A DNA stretch of 32,449 nucleotides from NCBI GenBank assembly GCA_035496795.1, contig DATJEJ010000022.1:1-32449 (forward strand). The letters run 5' to 3'. Below are positions 14,705 to 26,326 of the stretch, piece by piece (the first letter of the stretch is position 1; every line of letters begins with the position of its first letter). The position numbers were made by a program, and so were the translations under genes. The notes below the pieces were generated by a model that ran no database searches, had not been told where the DNA came from, and saw nothing but the letters and a program-made list of their open reading frames with translations. Source of the DNA: Candidatus Omnitrophota bacterium (GTDB taxonomy: Bacteria; Eisenbacteria; RBG-16-71-46; SZUA-252).

Positions 14705-15801
14705 TGCGGCCCGTCGTCTTCACGGGCGACGCCTTCCGGATCCAGAGCCGGGGCGGCATCACCCGCTACTTCAAGGAGACGATCGCGCGCCTGTCCCGTC
14801 CCGTGGAGGTGCTGGCCGGGTGGCACCAGTCGCCGGCGCTCCGGACGCTGGCCGTACCAGTCCGCGAGGCGGCGTTCGTACCGCACCGAAGGGGGCTCAC
14901 GCGACCGCGAGCGCTCCTGAACGCGGCCTGGGACCGCGGGCCTCTTCGCGACGCCGCGCGCCGGGGCGCGATCCTTCACCCCACGTACTATCGCGACCCC
15001 CGGTCGCTGCCGCGGACCAGCCCCGTCGTCGCGACCGTCTGGGATATGACCCACGAGCGGTTCGCGGGACTCTTCCGCCGGCGCTTCTGGCAGGCCGCGG
15101 ACGCCGCGCGCTGGAAGCGCGCGCTCTGCGCGCGCGCGGACCGGATCGTCTGCATCTCCGACGCGACGCGGCGCGATCTGCTCGCTTCCGTCGACGTGCC
15201 CGAGGCGAAGCTGCACGTGATCCATGCCGGCGCGCCCGACTGGACGGGGATCGCCGCACGGCCGATGCCCGCCGTTCCCCTGCCCTTCTTCCTCTGGGTC
15301 GGGGACCGTCACGGCTACAAGAACTTCCTCCCGGCCATGGAGGCCTGGGCCGCGAGCGCCGCGGGACGGGCGACCGCGCTCCTCTGCGTCGGGGGAGGTC
15401 CGCTGAGCGCGGAGGAGCGCGATGCCGCCGCGCGATGCGGCGCCCTGGAGCGCGTGCTCCATCGCGCGGCCGACGACGCGGAGCTGCGATGGGCGTACGA
15501 GCGCGCGGCCGGGCTCCTCTATCTGTCGCGCTCCGAGGGATTCGGCCTGCCGGTGCTGGAGGCGATGTCGCTGGGATGCCCGATCGTGGGATCGCCCGCG
15601 GCGGCGCTCCCCGAGGTCGTCGGCACGCTGGCGATCCTCGCGGACCCCGAGGACCGGGAGAGCATGGCCGCGGGAATCGAGCGCTGCCTGGAACAGGGAC
15701 GAACGCCCGAGGGCGCGATCGCGCTCCGCGCCCGCGCGGCCCTCTTCACGTGGGACCGCTGCGCGCGCGAGCACGAGCGGGTCTACGAAGCGCTGGACTG
15801 A
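14704..15801 (+). CDS. Glycosyltransferase family 1 / CAZy GT4
   Basis: ATG 14704 shares one base with the upstream TGA (TGATG). MRPVVFTGDAF...GGITRY, FFLWVGDRHGYKNF, LSRSEGFGLPVLEAMSLGCPIVGS (EX7E motif). The 683-aa track ORF was trimmed. Confidence 0.85.
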   Translation: MRPVVFTGDAFRIQSRGGITRYFKETIARLSRPVEVLAGWHQSPALRTLAVPVREAAFVPHRRGLTRPRALLNAAWDRGPLRDAARRGAILHPTYYRDPRSLPRTSPVVATVWDMTHERFAGLFRRRFWQAADAARWKRALCARADRIVCISDATRRDLLASVDVPEAKLHVIHAGAPDWTGIAARPMPAVPLPFFLWVGDRHGYKNFLPAMEAWAASAAGRATALLCVGGGPLSAEERDAAARCGALERVLHRAADDAELRWAYERAAGLLYLSRSEGFGLPVLEAMSLGCPIVGSPAAALPEVVGTLAILADPEDRESMAAGIERCLEQGRTPEGAIALRARAALFTWDRCAREHERVYEALD

Positions 15802-16652
15802 GTCCCGGGCGGCGTGCCGCGAACGGCGCGGCGAACGAGCCGCGCGGCCCGAAGCATCCCCACCGCGCCGAGCAGGCGCCGCAGGGCGAGGCGTGGCATC
15901 TCCACGGCACCCGCGAAGAGTGCGAATTCCGCCGCGGCTTGGGCCCCGAAGCGCTCGCGGACGATGCGGCCGCGCTCGCGGAGGAGGCGCACGTACCGCC
16001 GCTCGCTCACGCCGCCCGCTCCCATCGAGGCGGCGACCTCCGGCACGAAGCGCTTCGTGATCTCCGGCCGCTGGAACACGCGGATCACCCAGTCGTAGTC
16101 GGCCGCGATCGCGAAGCGGAGGTCGAAGCCGCCGGCGGCATCGAACACGGAGCGGCGGCAGAAGATCATCTGGTGCCCGCACCGGTTCTGGAGGCGAAGC
16201 CGCGCCAGCGAGACCGGTCCGCCGACGATCTCCCGCGTGCGGAGCGCGTCGTCGCGCCATTCGAGCAGGCAGTGGACGAAATCGGCGCCCCCGCCGCCGC
16301 CGACCACGCGCGCAACCGCGTCGGGCGCAACAAAGCGGTCGTCGGCATTCAGGAAGAAGAGATAGCTGTCGCGGCGCTCGACCCTCGCGATCGCCCGGTT
16401 CATGGCGTCGTAGATTCCGGCGTCGGGGGCGCTCTCGAAGCGGAGACTCCCTTCGCGCGCGCGGAGCAGGTCGAGGGTGCCGTCGGTCGACGCCCCGTCG
16501 AGGACCAGGTAGTCGAGCGGCCGGTGGGTCTGCGCGAGCACGCTCTCGATCGTGGCCGGGAGCGTCGCGCGCGCGTTCCGCACCACGGTGATCACCGTGA
16601 CGTGGGGCGGCCCGCCCGGCGGGAGCGTCACGATCGGGGAGGGAGCGGCCAC
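15783..16652 (-). CDS. Glycosyltransferase family 2
   Basis: GTG 16652. VTVITVVRNARATLPATIESVLAQT, LVLDGASTDGT, FFLNADD. Confidence 0.85.
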   Translation of the reverse strand: MAAPSPIVTLPPGGPPHVTVITVVRNARATLPATIESVLAQTHRPLDYLVLDGASTDGTLDLLRAREGSLRFESAPDAGIYDAMNRAIARVERRDSYLFFLNADDRFVAPDAVARVVGGGGGADFVHCLLEWRDDALRTREIVGGPVSLARLRLQNRCGHQMIFCRRSVFDAAGGFDLRFAIAADYDWVIRVFQRPEITKRFVPEVAASMGAGGVSERRYVRLLRERGRIVRERFGAQAAAEFALFAGAVEMPRLALRRLLGAVGMLRAARLVRRAVRGTPPGTQSSAS

Positions 16653-16659
16653 GGAGCCG

Positions 16660-18072
16660 CTAGACGGCGCTCGGATCGCGGAACAGACGCACCACCGTGA
16701 GCGCGAGGATCTTCAGGTCGAAGGCCATCGACCAGTGCTCGATGTAGTAGAGGTCGTACTCGATCCGCCGCTCCAGCGGCGTGTCGCCTCGCAGCCCGTT
16801 CACCTGCGCCCACCCGGTGATCCCCGCCTTCACGTGATGGCGCAGCATGTAGCGCGGCACCGACGCGCGGAACTGGTGCACGAAGAGCGGCTGCTCGGGA
16901 CGGGGCCCGACCAGGCTCATCGCGCCGACGAACACGTTCCAGAGCTGCGGCAGCTCGTCCAGCGAGAGCTTCCGGAGCACCGCGCCGGCGCGCGTGCGGC
17001 GCGGATCGTCCTTCTTCGTCCACCGCGCGCCGTCCGATTCGGCCTCCGGCACCATGGTGCGGAACTTGAGCATCCGGAAGCGCCGGCCGTTCAGCCCCAC
17101 GCGGTCCTGGACGAAGAAGACGGGGCCCCTGGAATCCAGCTTGATCCATACCGCGATCGCGAGCAGAACCGGCCACAGGACGAGCAGCCCGGCGCCCGCG
17201 AAGACGACGTCGAACGCGCGCTTCAGGACGCCGTTCCAGCCCTGGTCGGGACTCTCGGTGACCAGCACCACCGGCATGCCGTCGAAGTCCTCGACGCTCG
17301 CGTTCAGCGTGAACGCGCGCGCCAGGTCGGGAACCAGCCGCACCGCGGCCGTGGAATCGCTGAGGCGCTCCAGGGCGAGGAGCTCGGCTTCATGCTCCTC
17401 GCGCGCCAGCGCGAGGTAAACCAGCTGGGCGCCGGTGCGCTCGACGAGCTCCGGCAGATCGTCCACGCAGCCGAGCACGGGGAAACCCGCGGCCTCCGTG
17501 ACGGACTCGGCACTCCCCTCGGCGCGCGGCAACGCGCTCACGAAGCCGTGTACCTGGAAGCCGTAGTCGGCGTGCAGCGTCATCTTCCGCGCCACGTGCG
17601 CCGCCATCGGTCCCGTTCCCACGATCAGCACGTGGCGCAGGTTGTGCCCCTGCCGCCGAAGTCGTCGCAAGGTGGAGCGCACGGCGACGCGGGCCCCGCA
17701 GAGCGTGAACGCCGCCAGGACCGCGAAGAGGAGGAGGACGGAGCGCGCGACCTCGCCCCGTAGGAAGTAGGAGCCGAGCGCCGCGAGCGCCGCGACGATC
17801 GCGATCGCCTGGAGCACCGCGAGCAGCTCCTGCGAGAGCCGGGCCGTGCGAGCCGAGCGGTAGAGGCGGAAGCTCCGCAGCACGAGGAGCGACACCGGCG
17901 TGAGCACGGCGCCCATCCAGAGGTAGGCGCGCATCGGCGGAATCCCGAGCGGCGCCGCGAGCGGGAGCAGGTGGAATCGCGCCCAGTAGGCCGCCAACCA
18001 GGAGCCGAAGATGAGGAGGGCGTCCAGTGCGAACACGGCGCTGGCGAAGAGCTGGCGGTGCCTCGAGAACAT
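16660..18072 (-). CDS. Undecaprenyl-phosphate hexose-1-phosphate transferase (WbaP/WcaJ-type bacterial sugar transferase)
   Basis: 470 aa. N-terminal TM bundle and a central Rossmann-like segment (VLIVGTGPMA). C-terminal catalytic domain LKRAFDVVFAGAGLLVLWPVLLAIAVWIKLDSRGPVFFVQDRVGLNGRRFRMLKFRTM...DELPQLWNVFVGAMSLVGPRP. Confidence 0.92.
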   Translation of the reverse strand: MFSRHRQLFASAVFALDALLIFGSWLAAYWARFHLLPLAAPLGIPPMRAYLWMGAVLTPVSLLVLRSFRLYRSARTARLSQELLAVLQAIAIVAALAALGSYFLRGEVARSVLLLFAVLAAFTLCGARVAVRSTLRRLRRQGHNLRHVLIVGTGPMAAHVARKMTLHADYGFQVHGFVSALPRAEGSAESVTEAAGFPVLGCVDDLPELVERTGAQLVYLALAREEHEAELLALERLSDSTAAVRLVPDLARAFTLNASVEDFDGMPVVLVTESPDQGWNGVLKRAFDVVFAGAGLLVLWPVLLAIAVWIKLDSRGPVFFVQDRVGLNGRRFRMLKFRTMVPEAESDGARWTKKDDPRRTRAGAVLRKLSLDELPQLWNVFVGAMSLVGPRPEQPLFVHQFRASVPRYMLRHHVKAGITGWAQVNGLRGDTPLERRIEYDLYYIEHWSMAFDLKILALTVVRLFRDPSAV

Positions 18073-18095
18073 GGGGCTTCAGTGGCTCCGGGTCG

Positions 18096-19220
18096 TCACG
18101 ATCGGAGCGGCGGCGGTCCGAGAAGCGCGCGCGCGGCCGCCTCCACTTCGGCGATCTCGATCAGGTTCACGCAGGGCAGCTCGGGACGGACGCATCGCAC
18201 CTGGCTGCAGGGGAAACAGGGGACGCGATGGTGGAGCGCGACGACCCGCTCGGCCCACGGGCGGAACCGCCGCGGGTCCTGAGGGCCGAAGAGCGCCGCC
18301 ACCGGCGTGCCGCACGCGGCCGCCAGGTGCGCGATTCCACCGTCGTTTCCGATGAGGAGACGGCATCGCTGGAGCAGCGCGCCCGCCTCCGCGATGGAGA
18401 GCGTCCCGAACCAGGACAGGGCGCTCCCGCGCGCGTGCGACCGCACCGCGGCCTCGACGTCCCGCTCCCCCGCCGAGCCCATGATGACGACCTGCGCATC
18501 ATAGTGCGCCTCGATCCAATCGGCAATCGCCGCAAAGCGCTCCGGGAGCCAGGCGCGCGGCGCCCAGGAGGCGCCGGGATGGAGGGCCACCACGGGACGA
18601 TCCGCGGAGACGCCGGCTTCGGCGTGGCGCCGCGCCAACGACGCGCGCGCGGCGTCGGGAACGTGAACCTGGACGCGCGCGCCGGCGGCGCTCGCGCGGC
18701 CGCCGAGCAGCGGCTGGACGATCGCGAGATTCGCTTCCACCTCGTGGAGGGGCGGCCGCGCGGGATGGAGCCGTCGCCCGATCCAGTCGCGGAGCCGGGC
18801 CGTCCCGCGATCCAGCCGGCGGGTCGCGCCCACCTGGAACGGAAGGAGGAGCGTGCGCGCGTCGCCCCGCAGCTCGACCACCACGTCGTAGCGGGCGCCG
18901 GCCGGTATCGGGGGCGACCGCCGCCGTCGCGCGTCGCCGCCCGCGCGGCGATAGCGCGGCGAATCGTACGTCCGAACGCGCGTGAGGAAGGGCAGCCCCT
19001 CGAACAGGGGCGCGACCGAGGGCGCCATCAGGAGGTCGATCTCCGCCTCCGGATGCGCTTCCCGGAGCGCCTGGAGCGCCGGGGTGGCGGTGATCACGTC
19101 GCCCAGATGGTCCAGCTTCACGACGAGGATCCGGCGGACCGGCCCGCGCCGCGCCAGTCCGAGGAGATTCACGACGGCGGAGACGAGCGCGGAGGCGAGG
19201 AGGAGCCCGTATTCGCTCAC
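18096..19220 (-). CDS. Glycosyltransferase family 9 (heptosyltransferase-like)
   Basis: GTG 19220 overlaps the upstream TGA (GTGA). ILVVKLDHLGDVITATPALQALREAHPEAEIDLL and LLIGNDGGIAHLAAACGTPVAALFGP. The 731-aa track ORF was trimmed. Confidence 0.85.
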   Translation of the reverse strand: MSEYGLLLASALVSAVVNLLGLARRGPVRRILVVKLDHLGDVITATPALQALREAHPEAEIDLLMAPSVAPLFEGLPFLTRVRTYDSPRYRRAGGDARRRRSPPIPAGARYDVVVELRGDARTLLLPFQVGATRRLDRGTARLRDWIGRRLHPARPPLHEVEANLAIVQPLLGGRASAAGARVQVHVPDAARASLARRHAEAGVSADRPVVALHPGASWAPRAWLPERFAAIADWIEAHYDAQVVIMGSAGERDVEAAVRSHARGSALSWFGTLSIAEAGALLQRCRLLIGNDGGIAHLAAACGTPVAALFGPQDPRRFRPWAERVVALHHRVPCFPCSQVRCVRPELPCVNLIEIAEVEAAARALLGPPPLRS

Positions 19221-20470
19221 GTGCGGAGGGCCGCCTCCCCCGCGGCGCGCTCGGGTCGCGACGATCCCGGCCGCCCCACGACCTCGCCGATCAGGGCCGC
19301 CTGCCGCCGCGCGGTCGACTCCAGCGACCATCGCGCCTCGGCCAGGGCCCTGCCCTGCGCCCCCAGGCGGATCCGCTCGGCGGGATCGCGCAGGAGCCGG
19401 ATGACGGCATCGGCCAGATCGCGCGGCTCGTCGGCGCACGCGTACTGAAGCTCCGGCTCGAGGTCCAGCCCTTCGGCGGCGAGCGAGGTGGCGGCGACCG
19501 GAGCGCGCGCGGCCATCGCCTCGACGATCTTCACGCGCGCGCCCGCGCCGACCCAGAGCGGCACCACCACGACCGTCGCGCGCGAGTACTCCTCCTCCAT
19601 CGAGGGCACGTCGGCCGCGACGACGACGCGGTCGCCGGCGCGCGAGGCAGCCGCGCGCAGCGCGGCCGGAGGGGCCTTCCCCGCCAGGCGCAACCGGGCC
19701 TCGGGCGCCTCCGCGCGGATCCGGGGCCAGCCTTCTTCGAGAAAGCGGAGCGCCCCCTCGGCGTTGGGCGCCCACGCGAACGATCCGGGAAGGAGCACCA
19801 CGGGCGGGCGGGTGGGGCTGGGCTCCAGGAAGCGCCCGAGATCCACGCCGACCGGGAGCGTCCGCACGCGCGCTTCCGGAGCGATCGCGCGGAGCGCCGC
19901 CGCTTCCCCTTCCTGGATCGCGAGCACGAGCGCCGCGCGCTCGCACAGGCGGCGCTCCGCCATGCGGAGGCGCTTCGCCTGGAGCCGCGCGTAGAGTCCG
20001 GCCGCGGAGGGGCCGCGGTCCCTGGCCTGGCGCTCCATCCACCGGTGCTCCGCGTTGTGCTCGCGCAGCACCATCGGCACGCCGCTCAAGTCCTCGACGT
20101 AGGGCGCCAGATGCAGATGGTTCGCCAGGACGTACTCCGGACGGTCGCGCGCCACCGCCTCGCGGACGGCGCGCGCGAACGCCGGGTCCTGGTAGCGCGC
20201 GAGCGTGAAGGGCCATCGCCCGACGGCGCCGCGCCAGGCCGCGACCGGAAGCGGCGGCGGCCGGTGCGCCACGCGCACGATCCGCGCGCACACGGCGGCG
20301 ACCGGCTCCGCCACCGGAGCGGAGACTTCCGCCGGCGGCACGAAGGAGATCAGCGTGACGTCGTGGGTGCGGGCCGCGGACCAGACGCTCTGCCAGAGGA
20401 CGATCCGCCCTCCGTCATCGAGGGGCCACGGAAATCGAGGGGTCAGTACGAGCGCCGCGGGGCGGGGCAT
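19217..20470 (-). CDS. Glycosyltransferase family 1 / CAZy GT4
   Basis: N-terminus LVLTPRFPWPLDDGGRIVLWQ. C-terminal pattern VVLLPGSFAWAPNAEGALRFL...VVVVPLWVGAGARVKIVEAMAARAPVAAT. Confidence 0.85.
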   Translation of the reverse strand: MPRPAALVLTPRFPWPLDDGGRIVLWQSVWSAARTHDVTLISFVPPAEVSAPVAEPVAAVCARIVRVAHRPPPLPVAAWRGAVGRWPFTLARYQDPAFARAVREAVARDRPEYVLANHLHLAPYVEDLSGVPMVLREHNAEHRWMERQARDRGPSAAGLYARLQAKRLRMAERRLCERAALVLAIQEGEAAALRAIAPEARVRTLPVGVDLGRFLEPSPTRPPVVLLPGSFAWAPNAEGALRFLEEGWPRIRAEAPEARLRLAGKAPPAALRAAASRAGDRVVVAADVPSMEEEYSRATVVVVPLWVGAGARVKIVEAMAARAPVAATSLAAEGLDLEPELQYACADEPRDLADAVIRLLRDPAERIRLGAQGRALAEARWSLESTARRQAALIGEVVGRPGSSRPERAAGEAALRT

Positions 20471-21674
20471 CCACCGATGGTACCCCAGCGCGGGACCGGG
20501 CGCTTCCAGCCGAGAGACCGGCGGAGGAGGCGGCGGCGGCGAATCCCATGCCCACCAGGACGCAGAGGAAGTCCAGCAGCTCCTCGTCGCCCAGGTTCCA
20601 CTCGAACATCCCGGCCACGAGGAACGCGACGAGCGCCGCGACCGCGGCCAGCCGCATCGCCGACCCCAGATCGCCGCGCGGGAGCGGCGCGCGCCAGTGG
20701 TTCCCCGCCGTGCGGAAGAGCCCGACCAGGAGCCAGGTGAGCGCGGCGAGCCCGACGACCCCCATCGTCGCTCCCACCTGCACCACGACGTTGTGGAGGT
20801 GGCCGTGATCCTCGGTCGCCTGCGGCACGCGGTACTTCCGGTAGAGCTCGCTCAGGTCCTGGATCCCCACCCCCGTGACGGGATGGTCGCGGAACATGCG
20901 CGCGCCGGCGTCCCACATGTAGAGCCGCTCCACGTTCCAGACGCTGTGCGGGTCGAAAGCGCTGAGCGCTCGCTCCCGGTAGTGTGGCGGCAGCAGGAAG
21001 AGTGCCGCGACCGCCGCTCCCGCGAGGATCGGGAGGAAGCGCGCGCGCAGGCGCGCGAGGATGACCGCGCCGGCGACCAGCGTGGCGATCCAGGCGCTCC
21101 GCGTGTAGGAGCCGATCAGCGCGGGCGCGAGGAGCAGAAGGAACGCGGCGGCGCCGACCTTCCAGCGGCGGGGCCCCCGCGCCACGAGCGCCATCGCGAC
21201 CGTGGCGAGGAGCGTGGCCTGACCGCCGTAGGTGAGCGCGTGGCCGACCAGCCCCTTCACCCGCGCCGGGAAGACGCCCCCGTCGTGCACGAACCGGACG
21301 AGCGCGTAGACCGTCGCGGGCACCGCGGAGATCAGGAGCGCGGCGATCGATCTCCTCATGATCTTCGGATCGCGCGCGTGATACGCCGCGACCGGCACGA
21401 GCGCGAGCAGGAGCCCCTTCGTGACGCGCGGGAAGGCGCGCGCCGGCTCGAGCGCGAACACGGATGCGATCAGCAGTGCCGCGATCCAGCCGAGCGCGGG
21501 AAGGTCCGCCGGCGTGCGCTGCCAGCGCTGGCCGCCGGGCGACCACCAGGCCGCGAGCGTCAGAGCACCGCAGAGGACCACGGCGATCGAGATCGGCGCG
21601 ATCGACCACGGGAGCGCCGCGACGAGCAGGAGGAAGGAGAAGGCGGCGGCCTGGTCCAGGAGGGAGCGGGACAT
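20415..21674 (-). CDS. O-antigen polymerase/ligase-like membrane protein (Wzy_C domain)
   Basis: Polytopic. Characteristic segment SYTRSAWIATLVAGAVIL followed by a periplasmic-type loop containing HLHN. Start taken as ATG 21674 because promoter-like elements occupy 21683-21711. The alternative ATG at 21701 gives the 428-aa track ORF. Confidence 0.8.
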   Translation of the reverse strand: MSRSLLDQAAAFSFLLLVAALPWSIAPISIAVVLCGALTLAAWWSPGGQRWQRTPADLPALGWIAALLIASVFALEPARAFPRVTKGLLLALVPVAAYHARDPKIMRRSIAALLISAVPATVYALVRFVHDGGVFPARVKGLVGHALTYGGQATLLATVAMALVARGPRRWKVGAAAFLLLLAPALIGSYTRSAWIATLVAGAVILARLRARFLPILAGAAVAALFLLPPHYRERALSAFDPHSVWNVERLYMWDAGARMFRDHPVTGVGIQDLSELYRKYRVPQATEDHGHLHNVVVQVGATMGVVGLAALTWLLVGLFRTAGNHWRAPLPRGDLGSAMRLAAVAALVAFLVAGMFEWNLGDEELLDFLCVLVGMGFAAAASSAGLSAGSARSRAGVPSVDAPPRGARTDPSISVAPR

Positions 21675-21682
21675 GGGCCCGC

Positions 21683-23745
<2,063 letters not shown>

Positions 23746-24925
23746 CGGGCGGCCAGCGCCTCGGCGATCCGATCCCAGGTGAAGCGCGCCCGGACGCGCG
23801 CTCGGGCGCGTTCGCCGAGCGACGCGCGCTCGGCGGGCGAGGCGATCAGCCGCTCCAGCGCCTGGGCGAGCGCAGGGACGTCCCCCTCGGGCACCACGAT
23901 CCCGGCGTCGCCCACGACCGAGGGCAGCCCTCCGCTGCTCGAGACCACCACCGCCGATCCCGCGGCCATCGCCTCCATCGCGAGGCGGCCGAACTGCTCG
24001 GTCGCGCTCGGCGTCGTGATCGAGGGCATGGCGGTGATATCGAAGGCGGCGAGGAGATCGGGCATCGCTTCGTGCGGCACGGGGTCGACGAACCGCGCCC
24101 GCTCGCCGAGCCCCAATTCAGCCGCGAGCCCGCGGAGCCGCTCGCGCTCAGGCCCCACCCCGGCAATCAGCACCGTGGCGTCGCCTCCCGAGCGGAGCGC
24201 CGGAGCGGAGGCCCGGAGCAGCAGGTCCAGCCCCTTCATCGCGAGCAGCCTCCCCGCGTAGCCGATCACCACGCCGCGGGCGCCCAGCCGTGCCCGGGCG
24301 GCCTGCCTCCGCTCCGGCGTCGGCTCGGGATAGTCGGCGAGATCCAGCCCGTGCGGCAGGACGTCGATCGGCCCCCGGTATCCCTTGGAGCGCAGCACGT
24401 CGCGCACCTCTTCCGTGACGGCGCCCGCCGCCACGCACTGGCCGTGGACCCAACGCTCGATCGCCGCGTAGAGGGGGGATGGACGATACGGATAGCGGAA
24501 TCCGCGCGACAGGTTGTCGGACGTGAAGAAGAGCGCCTGGGCGCGCGGAGCGGCCACGCGGCGCGCGACCAGCGCCTGCAGCGCCATGAAGCTGAACGGC
24601 TCCTCCCAGAGATGCACGATCTCGGGACGCGACCGGCGCATCGCGCCGAGGAGGCCGCTCACGTAGAACCCGCGGTTTTCGTACCCGGGCCAGATCACGG
24701 CTCCGGTCCGCAGCCGGTAGCCGTCGGCGAGGCGCTCGGGCGGCCCCGGCAGCCGCACCGAGCGGTAGTTCTCGACCCACCGGTCGGGGGCGAGCACGGT
24801 GAGCTCGATCTCTTGACGCGCCGCGAGCGCCGCGAACTTCCGGCGGTACGGAGCCACCCCCGCGGTGTGGTCGATCGCGAGGACGCGGATGGGAAGCTGA
24901 CGCGTTTCCGCTGCCACGCGCCGAC

Positions 24926-26326
24926 TCACACGTCACTCGCCGGCTCGACTCCTCGGTCGGCGCTCAGCGCGATCAGCGCCCCGACCCCCAGCCAGAGCGG
25001 CACGCTGACCTTGTCGACCTGATAGGCGTTGAAGAGGCCGTGAACGGCGTACGTGGCGAGTCCGCCGAGAACGCCGAGAGCGAGCACTCTCACCTGAGCA
25101 GAGCGCGCGGACCGGAACGCCCGCAGACCTCGGCGCACAACCGCCGTGAAGAACCAGACCGCCGCGCCGAATCCCAGAATGCCCGTCTCGCAGAGCCATT
25201 GGAGCGCCTCGTTATGGGAACCCATGGGAGCGAAGATTTGAGGCGTCCAGATCAGATGTCTTCGATAGCGGCGGTATTCCGCGACGTAGCCGTTGTAGCC
25301 GACACCAAGCAGAGGATGCGCCTTGATCATTTCAGCCCCAGCGACCCACCGGTTCACGCGCTCGAGATTGGATACGTTCTGAGCATCGGTGATCGTCGCG
25401 GCGCGTCGGCCGAGCTGAGACCCAACCCACGTGCGCGGCACCAGCACGATGCCGGCGACCAGTGCCATGGAGAGGAGGAGTCTGGCGATCGGACGCACGG
25501 ATCGCCGCCAGAGATACCAGGCCAGCAACACGGGAGGTAGGACGACGATGACGGATAGCCAGGCCGCGCGGGTGAAGGAGAGCGCAAGACCGGTGACTTG
25601 TGCCGCCACGGCCATGGAATACCCGAATCGAGCCCGTCCACGAGCCTCGAGAGCGAGCAGAACGGTGAGCGGCAGGAGAAAGCCAAGGTACGCAGCGTAG
25701 GTCCCGTGCTCCGAGAAGAAGGGTCGCGCCACTCCGTAGGAGATGTTCCCCTCACCGCCCAGGACCCTGATCGCGCCGTACGCGCCCACGATCGCTCCCA
25801 TCGTCGCGGCCAAAGCGGCCCAGCGCGCCCGCCGTTCGGCGTTGCATCGAAGGGAGGGATACACCAGGAGGCCGAGCGCGGCATACGTACCGGTGACCAG
25901 CATCGCCTTGAGTCCCACGCCTGGGTGCTCCCCGAGAAGGGTGGAGACCAGGGCGACCCCGGCGAACGCGATGACCGGAAGTGCCACATCTCGCGGCAGA
26001 CGTGGAGTCCGTCCCTGCCACAAGCTGCGGATCACCCAGCCAAAGACCAGCAGAACCAGCATGGGCTCGCTGGGCAGGAACGCCGCGAGGCCATCGGTGA
26101 TCGGTCGCTCAACGGAGAGAGGCACTGCGATCCAAAAGAGAACGCAGGCGAGCTCGGGGAGGCGTATGGCAAGGAGGCCATAGAACACCGCCGCCGCCGT
26201 TCCAACCGCGAGAAGGACTTGATGGGAGTAGATCCCGCCGACGAGAAGAATCACTTCCATACCCACCAAGGCAGCGAGCGCCGGCTGGAAAGGGGCTTGG
26301 AGGCGCGGCAGGCGGGAAGCGTTCAT
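24926..26326 (-). CDS. Second O-antigen polymerase/ligase-like membrane protein (Wzy_C domain), lower GC than its neighbours
   Basis: The ATG at 26326 overlaps the upstream TGA (ATGA). Polytopic, with SFTRAAWLSVIVVL followed by a loop containing MGSHNEALQ. The 658-aa track ORF was trimmed. Confidence 0.8.
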   Translation of the reverse strand: MNASRLPRLQAPFQPALAALVGMEVILLVGGIYSHQVLLAVGTAAAVFYGLLAIRLPELACVLFWIAVPLSVERPITDGLAAFLPSEPMLVLLVFGWVIRSLWQGRTPRLPRDVALPVIAFAGVALVSTLLGEHPGVGLKAMLVTGTYAALGLLVYPSLRCNAERRARWAALAATMGAIVGAYGAIRVLGGEGNISYGVARPFFSEHGTYAAYLGFLLPLTVLLALEARGRARFGYSMAVAAQVTGLALSFTRAAWLSVIVVLPPVLLAWYLWRRSVRPIARLLLSMALVAGIVLVPRTWVGSQLGRRAATITDAQNVSNLERVNRWVAGAEMIKAHPLLGVGYNGYVAEYRRYRRHLIWTPQIFAPMGSHNEALQWLCETGILGFGAAVWFFTAVVRRGLRAFRSARSAQVRVLALGVLGGLATYAVHGLFNAYQVDKVSVPLWLGVGALIALSADRGVEPASDV

